Of a stretch of DNA of 64,000 nt, positions 25,448 to 37,730 are shown in pieces (within the stretch, counting starts at the first letter, position 1; each line of letters begins with the position of its first letter). The stretch lies in the NCBI GenBank assembly GCA_013239625.1, contig MU054323.1, forward strand, positions 2,480,001 to 2,544,000. The letters are read 5' to 3'. Both the position numbers and the translations under genes were made by a program. The notes under the pieces were generated by a model. It searched no databases. It was not told the origin of the DNA and saw nothing but the letters and a program-made list of their open reading frames with translations. Source of the stretch: Lama guanicoe (Eukaryota).

Positions 25448-28400
25448 TGTTACATAGGGTGTTACACAGGAAGAACGCATCTCAAAGGGGAACATCATAA
25501 ACAATGGAAGATAGTGTTACTATTAGCACACGCAGCCTGATAAAAACTCATCTCACGCTTGGCTACAATTCTCCAGAAGTCTCCCGACGTTGGCTGAGAA
25601 AACTAGAAGATCCTCCTTTCGTCCTGGCTGAGAAGATCCCTCTCACTATGGAGAAACCATCTTAATTTAGCGAGAAGGCTGCTGGGTAACCATCCAGCCT
25701 GCAGTCAGGGGCATGGGAAAGAGCCCAACAGCACTTGGGGAAAGGAGAGAGTAGTGATGAGCTCAGATGTCTAAACACAGGGAGAAGAGGAGCCAAAAAT
25801 TGAGGAGGAGATTACACAGGGAGCAGGCCAGTGGGAAGGCTGTATATCCTGTGGGCACGGTGACAAAAACCAAGAATTAAAACTGCTCAAAATTAATCCA
25901 GCCAATTTTATCAAGAATAACATTTTCTAATGGAAAAGAAGTGGAGTTAAAAGCATATCCCCACATACGCATGTCCTTTAATATGGATTCTTGTAATGAC
26001 AAACACTTTGGAGTTATAATCTATGAGACAGATTCTTTTCCATTTTTGAACTTACCTTGGGCAATCAAAATAGCAGCAGCTCATATCTGAGGTCTTTCTT
26101 TCAGGACAGGGAGGGACATTCATGGAGAGAGTATGGAGTAAGAGAAAAGGAGATCCAGAACAAAACTTTCAAGAATAATTTTTGCAGATTTATTTTTTTT
26201 TAATATTCTCTAATTTTAGAAGACATAATCAAATAGGAAAGTTTAATAGTTTTCAGGTTGGGGGATCAGCTTTAGCTTGACTCTCACCCCAAGACGATCC
26301 AGACACTTCAGCCCCTATAGCTCCACAAATGTCAAAGATCTGCCTGGACAAGTTCTCACCTGGGCCACCGGAGGGGCAGGCACCATTCCCTACTCCACAG
26401 CTACTGACCACAGCAACAGAAATGAGGCCCTTTGCAGCCCTGTACCTGGAGAAAGAAGCGACACTGCAAAGCAGCCACATATGAGCAGGAAGGTCTTGCT
26501 TTGGTTTTGAGAAAGATCCTTTCCATGGCTTTGAGACCCATAAAACAATTATCAAAAATTAAACTGAATTGATACATTTTCCTTTTATGTTTCTCAGAAT
26601 CTCTACAGGGAGGGTGAGTCCTTCATTCATTATCATTTATTTATTCATTCAAAAATGCGTTTATGATAAAAAAAAACGCCTGTGTTATGAGCTAGAGGCT
26701 GAGAACAAGCACAACATTAGAGAACAGAACTACTCTGCTTATAGAAGCATTGAGACAAAGGATGAAACCTAATGACATTTTTAGGAACCTTAATAAATGA
26801 GAAACGATACAAGATCTTTGATGCCATGGCTCCCTGCCTAGGACAATGGGAATGATGTTTTTGAAAGTTCTTCCTGTAGCTGATACGGAGCCACGTGAGA
26901 TTTAAATGAAATGAGAGCTGCAAGGTGCATAGCACGGTGACTCATTATCAAACGGATGTGCTTTGGCACAACACACATGCTTGATAATGCTAGTTCATCA
27001 ATTCCTGGACTTGCATATTTTCAAGTGCCCGATTCCCTGCACTTACATTGTCTCCTTTTCCTACATGAATCATATTTGCTCATGAAGATGCCAAACTATG
27101 TATTTTGGGGATGTACAGGAAATGTCCTGAGGCAGATCTTATTTCATTGAGGCAACCCTTTCCCTGCTTCAGCCACCAAGATCTAAATCCAGCAGATGAT
27201 GCCAAAGTCCCAACGCAGGGACCAGACAAAGAGCACTAGCATCCAAGCAAAAAGTCAGTCATTAAGTGTCTGCTGCTGTTCTCCCACCCAGTGATCTTGC
27301 CTGTGCCTCCCTGTCCAAGTCCTCCAGCGCTACACCTACCTGGTTAAAACTGTCAGCGACTGGGGGCAAGTTTACTTAGCCGTGTACTTCCTGGCTCTGG
27401 GATTCTGTTTTGTTAGGTCCTGTCGTCACTACCAGGCTGGAGGCCAATGTTTGTACTGGGTGGGAGTTAGAGGGAGGCATAAACAGAATCAACCCTCTTG
27501 TGCTTTAAAAAATCAGGCTAGGATTATATACATATTTCATGTCAGAAAAATGACATGGGTCTTGGCGGCGGATGGGAGGTTGGAGCGCTTGGAGGGGGAG
27601 TGGAGAATTGGCAGAATTGCTCCCCTGTTCCTTGGCCCCCCGCCTGACAATCATTCAACCTTTTACTCTTGGAGTCAGCGTCTTCCCTCTCTTCTGAGGC
27701 CTTCCAAGTGCTATGACTTCCCTGCGGCCATCCCTAGCCTGCTGTCGGAGCCCAGCGTGGCTTGTAAAGGAAGAGCACTTTTACAAAATGGTGTAAATTC
27801 TCTAAATTGTGTAAGGCTCGGGTTCAAGTCGCTGGAGTGAACCTCCTCAGCTTTGTCTGAGGTTCTGATGGCAAGACCAGTTCACACGAGGATCAGTGAT
27901 CTAAACAAGGACACGGTTCGGAATCTCCCTCTTCACTGGAAATAGAAATCCCACTCCTAGGGGTCTGTAGCGCACTATTATTATCTGCTAAAACTCTTGG
28001 CTAAATGTCTCTAAGCTCCATTGTTTCTCTCCAGCTCCTGGGGTTCTGCTTCTCTAATTCCTGACGTTTCCTAGCATCCCACAGAGTCGCAGTCCCTTCT
28101 GAACTGCTGTCTGCATCAAATGTGGCCCTTGCCCACTCCTCTTTCACTCCCCCTTTCACTAACCAGCTCCCAACACCTCCCTTGTGTTCCCAGGAAAGAT
28201 CACTCATACTGACCTCCTCCCAAGTCGTCACTCAAACTCCTCCAAAAGCGTTCTTCCTGTCACCCACGGCCCCAGAAGCCCCGAAGACCTCTGGCGATGG
28301 TGCTGTGTGTGCTCATGTGACCCCTAGATACTGGTTCTTGCAGGTAGAGAGAAATTTTGACAGGCCTCCACCACAGCTTTTAGGCCACTGTGTTGCGACC

Positions 28401-30469
28401 CTCCTTGAGAAAACCTTCTTCCTTTGAGACTCATGTCACTAAGTGTGATCTCCTGTCTGTATGTCTGTCATCTGCTGGCCTCTATGTATGTCATTTCTTC
28501 ATATTTAGCACCTCTCTGTAACCAGGCAGAACCTTTTACCCTCCACCTGAAGTCCTCAGATGCAGTGGGGACTTCACCAACCACAATCCTAAACCCTTGC
28601 TAATTTGAATGGCTTCAAACTGTCCTCCCCATCTCAACAGTTCACTCCAAACACAACACACCAGACCCAGAAACGCTTCGTTTCTTTAAGTGCCCTGACT
28701 CCCACCAAACTGTCACCTTTGGAATGCCACCCTTCTACCTTTGCTCAAACAGTGCAACAATACAGTTTCATAGAGAATGAGCTCTTCCAAATTCAGGAGG
28801 TATATCTAGGTATCAAGATGGAAACAAATACTGTAGTAAACAAAAAGCTTTGGAAAGAAGGAAAAGCAGTGGGAAAAACAAAAGGTGTTGATGGCATTTC
28901 CTCTTATAAGAAATGCCTACGTTCTCTGTATTGGGGAGACAAATTCAGTCCTTAATAATAAATTGGATGCCTTTCATTTCTTCTTGAGAAGATAGCATTT
29001 CTGCTAGTCCTCCACAGAGCTGCAAGGAAGGATAAAACGAAATGTTCATATGTCATGATTTCTCGGTTTGTTTATGGTGAAGAACCCACCTCGTACCAGT
29101 GCCAGTGACTGCTACCCAGCCCCTGCTCCAGGGCCAGCCCACCAAAGGCCAACTAAAGGTGAAGTGTTCCATCCTACTAAAAATGTGCATGCACTGTTCC
29201 AGATTCTGACATGTCTAAAATAGGAGGCTGGGAAAATTGCCTTATCTAGAGTTGAGTCCCAGATCTTGGCATTGTCCACAGCAATCCAGGAATTCAAGTT
29301 ACACTAATGTAATCTCCATTCCTGTGCCAAAAACAACTTTTGATTGGGTCTTCTACACTTACTTTGTAGGTCATACATTCTCCTCCAAATGTGAACGTTG
29401 ATGAACTAGCATCAACTGATTTCCGAGAATTTTCAAGGCAAGGGAATAGCCCCCAAACACTTCTGAATTTTGCTGACTTTTTGTTGAATGGCTACTCCTC
29501 CCTCAACTCTGTGTTGTCAGCAGAATTAACCAGTCTTTGCCATTTTTTACAGATTTTTGAACAGGAAGGACCTCAAGTCTGACCCCTGTCGGGCCCCAGT
29601 AAATCTCACAGCGCACAATTAAAGACACTCCTCCAGGCTTTGTTTTTCTACCAGTCCATCATCTCCTCCCATGCACTCTGGATACTAGCAAAACTTTTTT
29701 CATAGGAAGTTCACAGTAGGATTTCTTTTTTTTTTTTTAACATCTGTTCAAGATCTAAATAGGTTATTACATAGAATTCAGTTTGTCATGTGACTTCCAG
29801 GAACATCTCATGATCCTCAATTGAACAGAGTTCTTTTCTCATGTGAAAGACTGTACCTTTCCTTCCTGCATGTGCCCCTTAGCATCCTCCTTTTTAAACA
29901 CGAATCCTATGGGACTGCTTCTCCTAGAATACTCCTTTCCATGGAAGTGCACATACTTCACTTGTTCTTTTATTTCTGTTTGAAAAACATCATTCAAGGT
30001 AGGAAATAATGCAATTGCCAGTTCTACCTTTACTCATTCGAGGACCTATTTTATTTTGTTATCACTTGGGTTTAGAGACTCTCGGAATATTAACTTGGAA
30101 ATCTCTTGAGATCTTTGTTTCTTAAAATGCTGTGCTCCCAGGGTCCACCCAACATAATATATCCTTATACTGAGACCAATACTTATAGAATAGAATGAGA
30201 AAAAGTTCACATTCATTTTGCAGACCAAGACTCCAAAGATACCTTCCATACATAGATAGCTACTTCATTCAGCCCCTCACCCCAGAAGTTTGTTCTGTCT
30301 CTCATCAGGAGGGAAAGTGGGAGGAGGGTACTTTTCAAAGTCTCTCGCAGCAAAGACGAGGAAGATAATGAGACAGAAAGGACCTTGGCGATAATCATAT
30401 GGTAGTTGGGGGCCCTTTGGACTTGAGTTCAGAGCTCCTCCCCTTGTTGTAGAAAAAAAACAACAAAGT

Positions 30470-31110
30470 GGAAAACTATTGGAAAATATGAAGAAAATGA
30501 TCACGGTAACTCATAACCCACAGCCAGAGGTAAGTATTGCTCATATTTTGGGGAATGTCATTTTTTATTTTGAAAAATGTATTTTATGTAATTGGAATCA
30601 TAATTATATATAATTTGGCATGGCTTCTTTTTTACACATAATAATATAACACAAGCATTTTCCAGCATGAGTAAAAACTCTAATATGTTTTTGAAGATCA
30701 TATTGTATCAACAAATAAACCATAATTCAATTAGTTCCCTTGATTTTCTAGAATTTTTATTATTTTAAATAATGTAGTGGTGAGTATCTCTCTATAAATG
30801 TTTTTTTCCCCTCTAATTCTTAAAATTAGAATAATTCTCATGACAGTCTAATGTGTTAGTTGCTTTACTATGTCTCCCTGGAGGAAGTATCAATTGGCAC
30901 AAGCTACCTGTAAAAAAAACTGTCAATAAATATTGAGGGCCTTAGAATGTCCATACTGTTCATCCAGACCTTTGGGAATTTATCTTTTTTCTTGATAATA
31001 ACAGTTATTTTAGAAAATTTGACAGTGCAAAAAAAGGAAAAGAAGAAAATAAAAGCTACATATAATTCTAGCATTGAGAATTAACCACGGTCCACTTTTT
31101 AATGGGTATC
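30470..31110 (-). mobile_element. Ancient L1ME-type 3' fragments
   Basis: 'aaaatatgaagaaaatgatcac...cataacccacagccagag', 'ttttaaataatgtagtggtgagtatctc' and 'gaaaataaaagctacatataattctagcattgagaattaaccac'. Confidence 0.5.
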
Positions 31111-31232
31111 TTTCCATTCATTCTCTCATTCATGTGTCTTCTCTACATGTCTTTATATAATTGTCTCTCTCTCTCTCTCACTATATGTATGAGACAGAGA
31201 GACAGAGACAGCGAGGTAGATCCTCCAAAGTG

Positions 31233-31235
<3 letters not shown>

Positions 31236-31264
<29 letters not shown>
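31236..31264. repeat. (CA)n microsatellite, followed by an MLT1 3'-end fragment (about 31270-31335)
   Basis: Seen directly; then 'tattttgttaagccactgagattt'. Confidence 0.9.
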
Positions 31265-31268
<4 letters not shown>

Positions 31269-33619
31269 AGTCAGAAACATCTATTTTGTTAAGCCACTGA
31301 GATTTCAGGTTTATGTGATAAACCTATAGAGATACCCTAACAAATGCAGACATTCTAGATGAGGTAACTGATGACAGATGGGTGCACACAAGTGTGCATG
31401 GAAGGAGGGAGAGTGAAGGAGAAAACAATGAGATGCAATTAAATAAGAGAGGACCATGGACACACCTGTGGTAAGGAGGCAACCCATGGCTGTGTGCTTC
31501 TATCCAAATATATTTAAAATGATTAACCAAGAATTGAGAAATTAAGGTCAGTCTGTCAGTCCTTTCATCCATGTAGTCTTTCAAAAGCATCTGTCAACTG
31601 CCTGCCAGGTGTTAGACCATAGGCTGGGTACCAGCTATTTATCAATGGTTAAGATGTGGTCCCCTCTTTCAGGGCAATTATGAATTGTCAGGAGAAAGAT
31701 CAGCTTTTGATAACTTCATCAGCAAAAATAGCTATATTCTATGTAGACCTTCTGGGAAAAAGAGAGAGAATTAAATGATGGACTTTAATAGTCTCATTTT
31801 CATTAAAACCGAATCTGGTTGTTTTTCTCTTTCCCCAATAAACTGACATTTAAAATGGACTGGCCTTAAACTTTTGCCATCTTTCTAATTCTAGCTTCTA
31901 ACAAAATTCTAAGATCCATAAACTGATCAAAGTTATCGGAGAGGTAGGGGAAAAAAATCGAAGTTCAGAGCCCAAATAAAACAGTGATGGGAAAAGCCAG
32001 ACTTGATTGACTTGTCTTGGCTAACTGTTTTAAATTAGAAAAGATTCTTTAGAATTTGGAAGAAGTGGGAGGATTCGAATCTCAGAAGCTCAGGTTTACT
32101 GTTTGACTTGCCTCAGTTTGCCTCCCTGAGCCCCCTAGTGTGTGTGGCATAAAGACAAGCGAGGACCCTCCCTGGGAAGGCTCAGCATCTCAAAGAGGCA
32201 GGACCCAAGGTGTTTGCTCTCCGGTGGTGTCCCAGAGGGATGCAGAGCAGGGCCTTCTGCCTGCACAGGAGGGGCCGAGCTGTGTTTACTGTGCGGCTCT
32301 GAACAAAGAGGAGCGATTTACAGAAAATCCTTCTTCTCCATGTTTCTTGTGAGCATCTCTTCCCTTTCCTACATGGTAGAAATGACCCTTCTGCATAAAT
32401 CCAAGCATGCAGAACCAGAAATCCTGCTTCTGCCACTCCAAAATAGTCCACATGCAACCCATCCCTGACCATGTCATCACCCAGAAGGCCTGACCCTGAT
32501 GTCCCTTTCTGCAGTCTGGACATTTTTGCCCTGCAATCTTGTACCGCAAGTGAACACTCCCCAACTGAATCCTTATCTTCTTAGCGTTCAACTTTCATCT
32601 GTATTGGAAAGTTAATGATGATAAGGCTCAGAAAACGATTGTGTACAGGCTCCACATCTAGGAAACATTCGGATGACTGTCTCCTCAAAAGGAAAGTGAT
32701 GTCTTAGGAAGAGGGGTGAAGTGTTGGTAATGTTAGATAGTATTCTCCTGGGGCCAGGGGGCCAGGAACATCTGAATCCTGCCCTAATCTCACAGCTCCT
32801 TCCCTGAAAGTCCCCAAGGGGATTATAAGAACAAGGGACTCCAGCAAATGGGAAATTAAAGTAGACTTTATGATTAGCCTGGCCAATGCCAAATAAACAA
32901 ACACAGAACTTTCTGGTAACATGTCTAGGACATATGGCATCCTCTCAGATCCCCATCCAGATCCCCAAACTCTAAACTGAATATTTTATCTTGGAATCTT
33001 AATATCCTTGGGCTGCTCACATGGAACAGAAGACACAAGTAATAAATACGGCAAGTACTGCATGGAAAAAAAATAAAATTAACCTGGAGAAATTTCAGAG
33101 ACAGAACTGTTTGTTGAACAAAACAACAAATAAATGAAAAGTACTCTACCATAAAAAACAACTCTTATCATAAAAAGCACGTTCTCATCATCAGGCAGAG
33201 AGGTACCCCAGACCCAGTTCCTAAGATACAGTCATAGAGGGATTGTGGGTTGTTCCAATGTCGACCCTGTAAATAAGAAAAGGAGAAGAGGGGGTGACCT
33301 CAGGCCCCCTCGCTGGTCTGGCCATGTGACTGGAGGAGAAAGAAAATGTTAGCATATGACGACCTGCCCCCTGCCCGGGAGTGAATATGGCCCGAACAGC
33401 AGCAGACTATCCAGCACAGTTAGTTCAGTAGCTCATGCTGTTAGAAACAAGTGAGCAATGGGACAAGAGGATGAAGGGACAGCTCTGCAAAGCACCTACA
33501 ACTCTGGGACGGACTGAGAAAGAAAGAAAGGCCGTCATTCACATTGAGGTGGTTTTTTTGTTGTTGTCAGAGGCTACCGTTGTGAGCCTCCTGCCCTTTG
33601 CAGGGGGATTTATGTAGGA

Positions 33620-33735
33620 ACCCCCGCAAACACAGTTACCCATTAAGTCAGATAATCCAATCCTCACGATGTAGATGAGGAAAATGGGCCTCAGAAAGAT
33701 TACTTTGACCAAGGTCTCAAAGCTATTTAATGTCA
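33620..33735 (-). mobile_element. MIR SINE
   Basis: 'tagatgaggaaaatgggcctcagaaagattactttgaccaaggtctca'. Confidence 0.7.
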
Positions 33736-34419
33736 CCTTTAGTTACTGAATTGTCTTTTGTTTTTTAATTCTGAGGTTATTATGCAAGAACTGCAGTATT
33801 AATTAACAGGTTTTGGAAACCATTTGACTCTTTTTTTCTTAGTAGTCATTGCGATTAGTCATTTCTCTTATTAGTCATTACAGTCATTGGCCTGTATGAA
33901 AATATTTAAAGTAGACACTGAGCTATACTTTCGGTACACAAGTGACCCAAAGCAGGCGTTGTGGGCCATGTCCTTTGCAACATTCTCTAAAAGGCATCAA
34001 GAACGCAAGTTTACTGAGAACTTCACATCCTTCACACTGAGAACTTCTACATCCTTCAAAAGAAAACACTCTTTCTTATAAGTATTCACAATCACCTTTG
34101 TTCCTATTCTGTTCACACCCAAGTAGCTACGAACCTGAGTTAAAACAACTAGTTATTGGAAACACTGTAGGAATTTGTACATATATTTTGTATTAAATAT
34201 ATAATTTACTTTCCATTAAGGGCACTATGACCTCATGAACAGGTTACAGATCAATGAGAGGGTCTTGATTTATGCATAAATGTATATGAATGTGCTTTCT
34301 AGCTTTTACATAATTTCACCATCTAAATATTCATGTATAGAAATGCATGTATATATACATCCACATTCACATAGCACACACACAATATGGATGGGATTGT
34401 CAGTATTATTGAGAAACAG

Positions 34420-35330
34420 GTAGAGACATCTGGTTTCTGCTTGGGATACCAAGCACTGAAAGAAGTGTCACTTCCATCCTTACAACAACAACAACAAAAG
34501 CCAGACAATCTGCAAGTTCACTTCTCTGGACTGCATCAGAGAGGTGAGGTTGCGGGGAGAGATGGGACAGGAATAGGGGCTTAGCTGGGGCAGACGCAGT
34601 CGGACACCCATCAGGAAACGTCATACGGTATAGTCAAGGGACTGGGAGTAGCAAGTGTGAGATGCCAAGAGAGTGGAGCTCCTTAGAGCTGCAGATATGA
34701 AAGCACCGTTTTGTTCTACAGACACCACTGGGTACTGGCAAAAATGAGTGGGCAACATCTTGAGAAAGTATCCCTTATGGTGAGACCCAGGCCCTTTTCT
34801 CTTCTCTCTGACCAAGGAACACAATCCTTAATCTGTAAGGGAGGGCAGTTGTGCAATGGATACTGCCACCCTTAGGACACTAGGGAAAACTCACTGCATC
34901 TGGGCAAAAGAAATAAGAAGAAAACCTCTACTCCTGGGGCAGGAGCAAATATACTTTCAGGACCCAGAACTACAGCTGAGGGAGGATCGGGAGCACTGAC
35001 GTGCAAAGTATGAGTGAAGGAATTTGAAGTCTCCAGTGTGCTGAGGGTGACCATGAGCCTCAGACCCAGCTGTACTCCTGATGAGATTAACTCAGACTCC
35101 CACATTAAGAACATGATGGAAAGAAATGTATGGTAATTCCTATGCATAAAAAAATTATTTACCTTAGACTCTACTGTCCTACACAAGGTGTTTGGCTCTA
35201 AACAAAAATGTACACAGTATTTGAAACAGTAAGGAGAAACAACATAATGCTGAGATAAATCAGTCGATAGAAGCAGACTCAGATATGACACAGATGTTGG
35301 GCCCATCTGAGAGGGAATTTAAGAAATTGC
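34420..35330 (+). mobile_element. Ancient LINE-1 5' UTR / ORF1 start remnant (L1M4/L1ME 5'-end type)
   Basis: 'cttccatccttacaacaa...aaagccagacaatctgcaa...tcagagaggtgaggttgc' and 'aatcagtcgatagaagcagactcagatatgacacagatgttgg...agggaatttaa'. Confidence 0.65.
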
Positions 35331-35639
35331 TAGAGGTCAGTGCTGACAATTTTCAAGCTGCCAAACTTGGATGTTTCTATGAGATATTGCTGTCTATACA
35401 ACTAGAAAAGCAAACTAAAGCATCCTTTACTCAATAAAGTTTTTTCCTTAAAACTTTAAGGGTCCACTATCCATTAACTTCACATGTACTTACTCATTCT
35501 TTATTTTATATAGAACCCAATCCCAAGCCTTTTCTTAAAGACAGGGACTGTCCTCTTATAATGAGTACAATTATGTGTTAGAGCCCAGTTCTCCAAACCT
35601 CTTTGGATCTCAGGATTGCATTGGGTTACATCACAGCTC

Positions 35640-35875
35640 TTCTTGCCTTCCGAGCATCACTTGGTGGTATCTCTTGGCCACCTGCTCATGCATCTTGGTT
35701 GCATCAACCTTGTCACTGTCTTCCCAGCACCAGTCACATTCCCTGATGTTTTCCCTGTGTTTCCTCGTGGTTGTCCTTCCCCTGATAGAACATAAACTCC
35801 TCAACAGCAGAAAGTTTGTCTGTTTTGTTTGTTGCTGTCAGCATCCAATAAATATTTGCTGAACGACTGAATCAT
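35640..35875 (+). mobile_element. LINE-2 3' end
   Basis: 'tagaacataaactcctcaacagcagaaagtttgtctgttttgtttgttgctgt...caataaatatttgctgaacgactgaat'. Confidence 0.75.
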
Positions 35876-37011
35876 GTCTAAAGCGTGGTAACTATTCTCT
35901 TTGCAATGTCTGTTCCATTGGGTCAGACAGTCACTTGTGAGGAGGGAGCAGGGTTTCCCCTGGGGAAACACAGCCCTGCAGTCAGTCACCCCGGAACAGG
36001 ACTGAGAAGTAGAGAGATGCTTCTACATAGAGCCAGAGAGGTGTTTGGCTTAGAGTCTTGGATGTGAAGATGCCCACTGCAGGGAAGCCTATTAGGTAGG
36101 ACAGGGTGTGAGTCTGGGCACAGACATTATTCTGTGGATTCCATGTAGGACTTGGTAAAGTCTTGCTCAAGTCTCATCCTGCTATCAAGTGAGCTGTGAG
36201 AATCAGAGGAGTACTCACTCTCGGAGCCTGGAGTGGAGGGGGTGTTCAGGGTGGACATTCGTGGAGACAACAGTGCCAGCAGAGCAAAGATCTCACTGAG
36301 GGGATTCTTAGCAGGAAAGACTCTGAGAACATACCATTGAGACCAGAAGGGTCAGAGCAGAAGAAGGAGAACTGATTGCTTAAGAGAAGGTGAGACATGA
36401 GAAATGCTTGGAGGTATTTGGAGGGGAGGAGGCAATTTCTGACAGATGGACCAGTCCAGAGCCTCATTCTAATAAAATGAATATTGAGGAGATATTACCT
36501 TATTTTGCATCCATGTTTTGTGAGGCTACTGCCACAAGAACCACAAGCGCATCTTTTTAATCCACCCTACAGTGTCTCCTCAGTGTTAGTAAGTAACTGC
36601 TAAACTTTTTTTTAAGTGAATAATCATCTCTTCTTTTTTTGAAGCATGTGCTTTGAAAGTCCATGTCACATGATTTCCTTGGATCACTACATTAAATATA
36701 TATTCTCTCAGTCAAGAATGAACTAATTTTGATTCCTGATGAAGCACTTATCTGGGTTCTACAGTACTCGTCAATCTAAAACCCCTTCAGTTTCATTGTC
36801 ATAAAATCGATTTTTATTTGAAAAGTACCCAATAGCCAGGCATGGTCTGGAGAATCACCTTAGGCAGCAGGACCATCTGGAGTGCCATTGCTCTGGGCTG
36901 TTTCATGTATGTTTCCAATCTATCTTAAATTCTGTCCCCGTCAGTCAGACATCCTGCTCGCAAGCACTTTCCTTCTTCCCACCTATCCTCGGCTGCTTCA
37001 AAGCTGATTCC

Positions 37012-37256
37012 ATATTAGTCCTCTGGGGCTATATAACAAAGTACTACAAATGGAGTGGGTTAAATAACAGAAATTTAGTCTCAATTCAGGAAGCAAGAAG
37101 TGTGAAATCAAAGTGTCAGGAGATTTGGTTCTGAGGGCTGTGAGAGAGAATCTGTTCCATGCCCCTCTCCTAGCATCTGGTGGCTGCCAGCCATCTTTGG
37201 CATTGCTCGGTTTGCAGACACATCACTCCAGTCTCTGCCGCTATGTTCATATGGTG
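37012..37256 (-). mobile_element. MaLR LTR fragment (MLT1B/C-like)
   Basis: 'tattagtcctctggggctatataacaaagtactacaaa...gaaatcaaagtgtcagg...gagaatctgttccatgcccctctcctagcatctggtggctgccagc'. Confidence 0.88.
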
Positions 37257-37369
37257 GAATTTAATTCTTGATGTTGTTGCTTTGTTTTAGTTTTTCTTTT
37301 ACTAATTATTCCCATCTTTGTAAAATTTATGATTATCCTATTCACCTTCAGCCACCATCCCTTGTAAGT

Positions 37370-37730
37370 CATGATCAGCCACACAGAGCTACTAAGCAAT
37401 TCTCCAACCACGACATGCTTCAGGTTGTTTTTTAACCTGGCTTCCTCTGCCTAGAGGAACCTGGCCTCACTTGCTCATCTGGAAAACGTCTATCCAACCT
37501 TTGCGACCTGGATCAGTGTCATCTTCCCCATCTTCCTCAGGGATTTGAACTCGACCTACCTTTCCCCTTCTCAATAATGTATAGATGCTTCTACACCACA
37601 GCTTGGCCATTTCTTGAGATGATTTGTTGGCATAACAGTCCTTCCTAATTACACCATACCTCTGATGGGATAGACTGTCACATTTGCCATTGTATCTGGA
37701 CCCTGGCTGGCACTTCATAAGTGTCTGAGA
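37370..37730 (+). mobile_element. LINE-2 remnant
   Basis: 'cttcctctgcctagagg', 'ccattgtatctggaccctggctggcacttcataagtg'. Confidence 0.45.

Noticed and set aside
26575..26619. 16-nt segment between acceptor-like and donor-like signals, plus isolated consensus donors (e.g. 48812, and 26052 on the minus strand)
   Set aside because: Not frame-preserving or unpaired; such motifs occur at background frequency in 64 kb.
33300..33380. CTCF-like motifs (also near 39070 and 39572)
   Set aside because: Each has mismatches or an indel at core positions; not supportable without a PWM scan.
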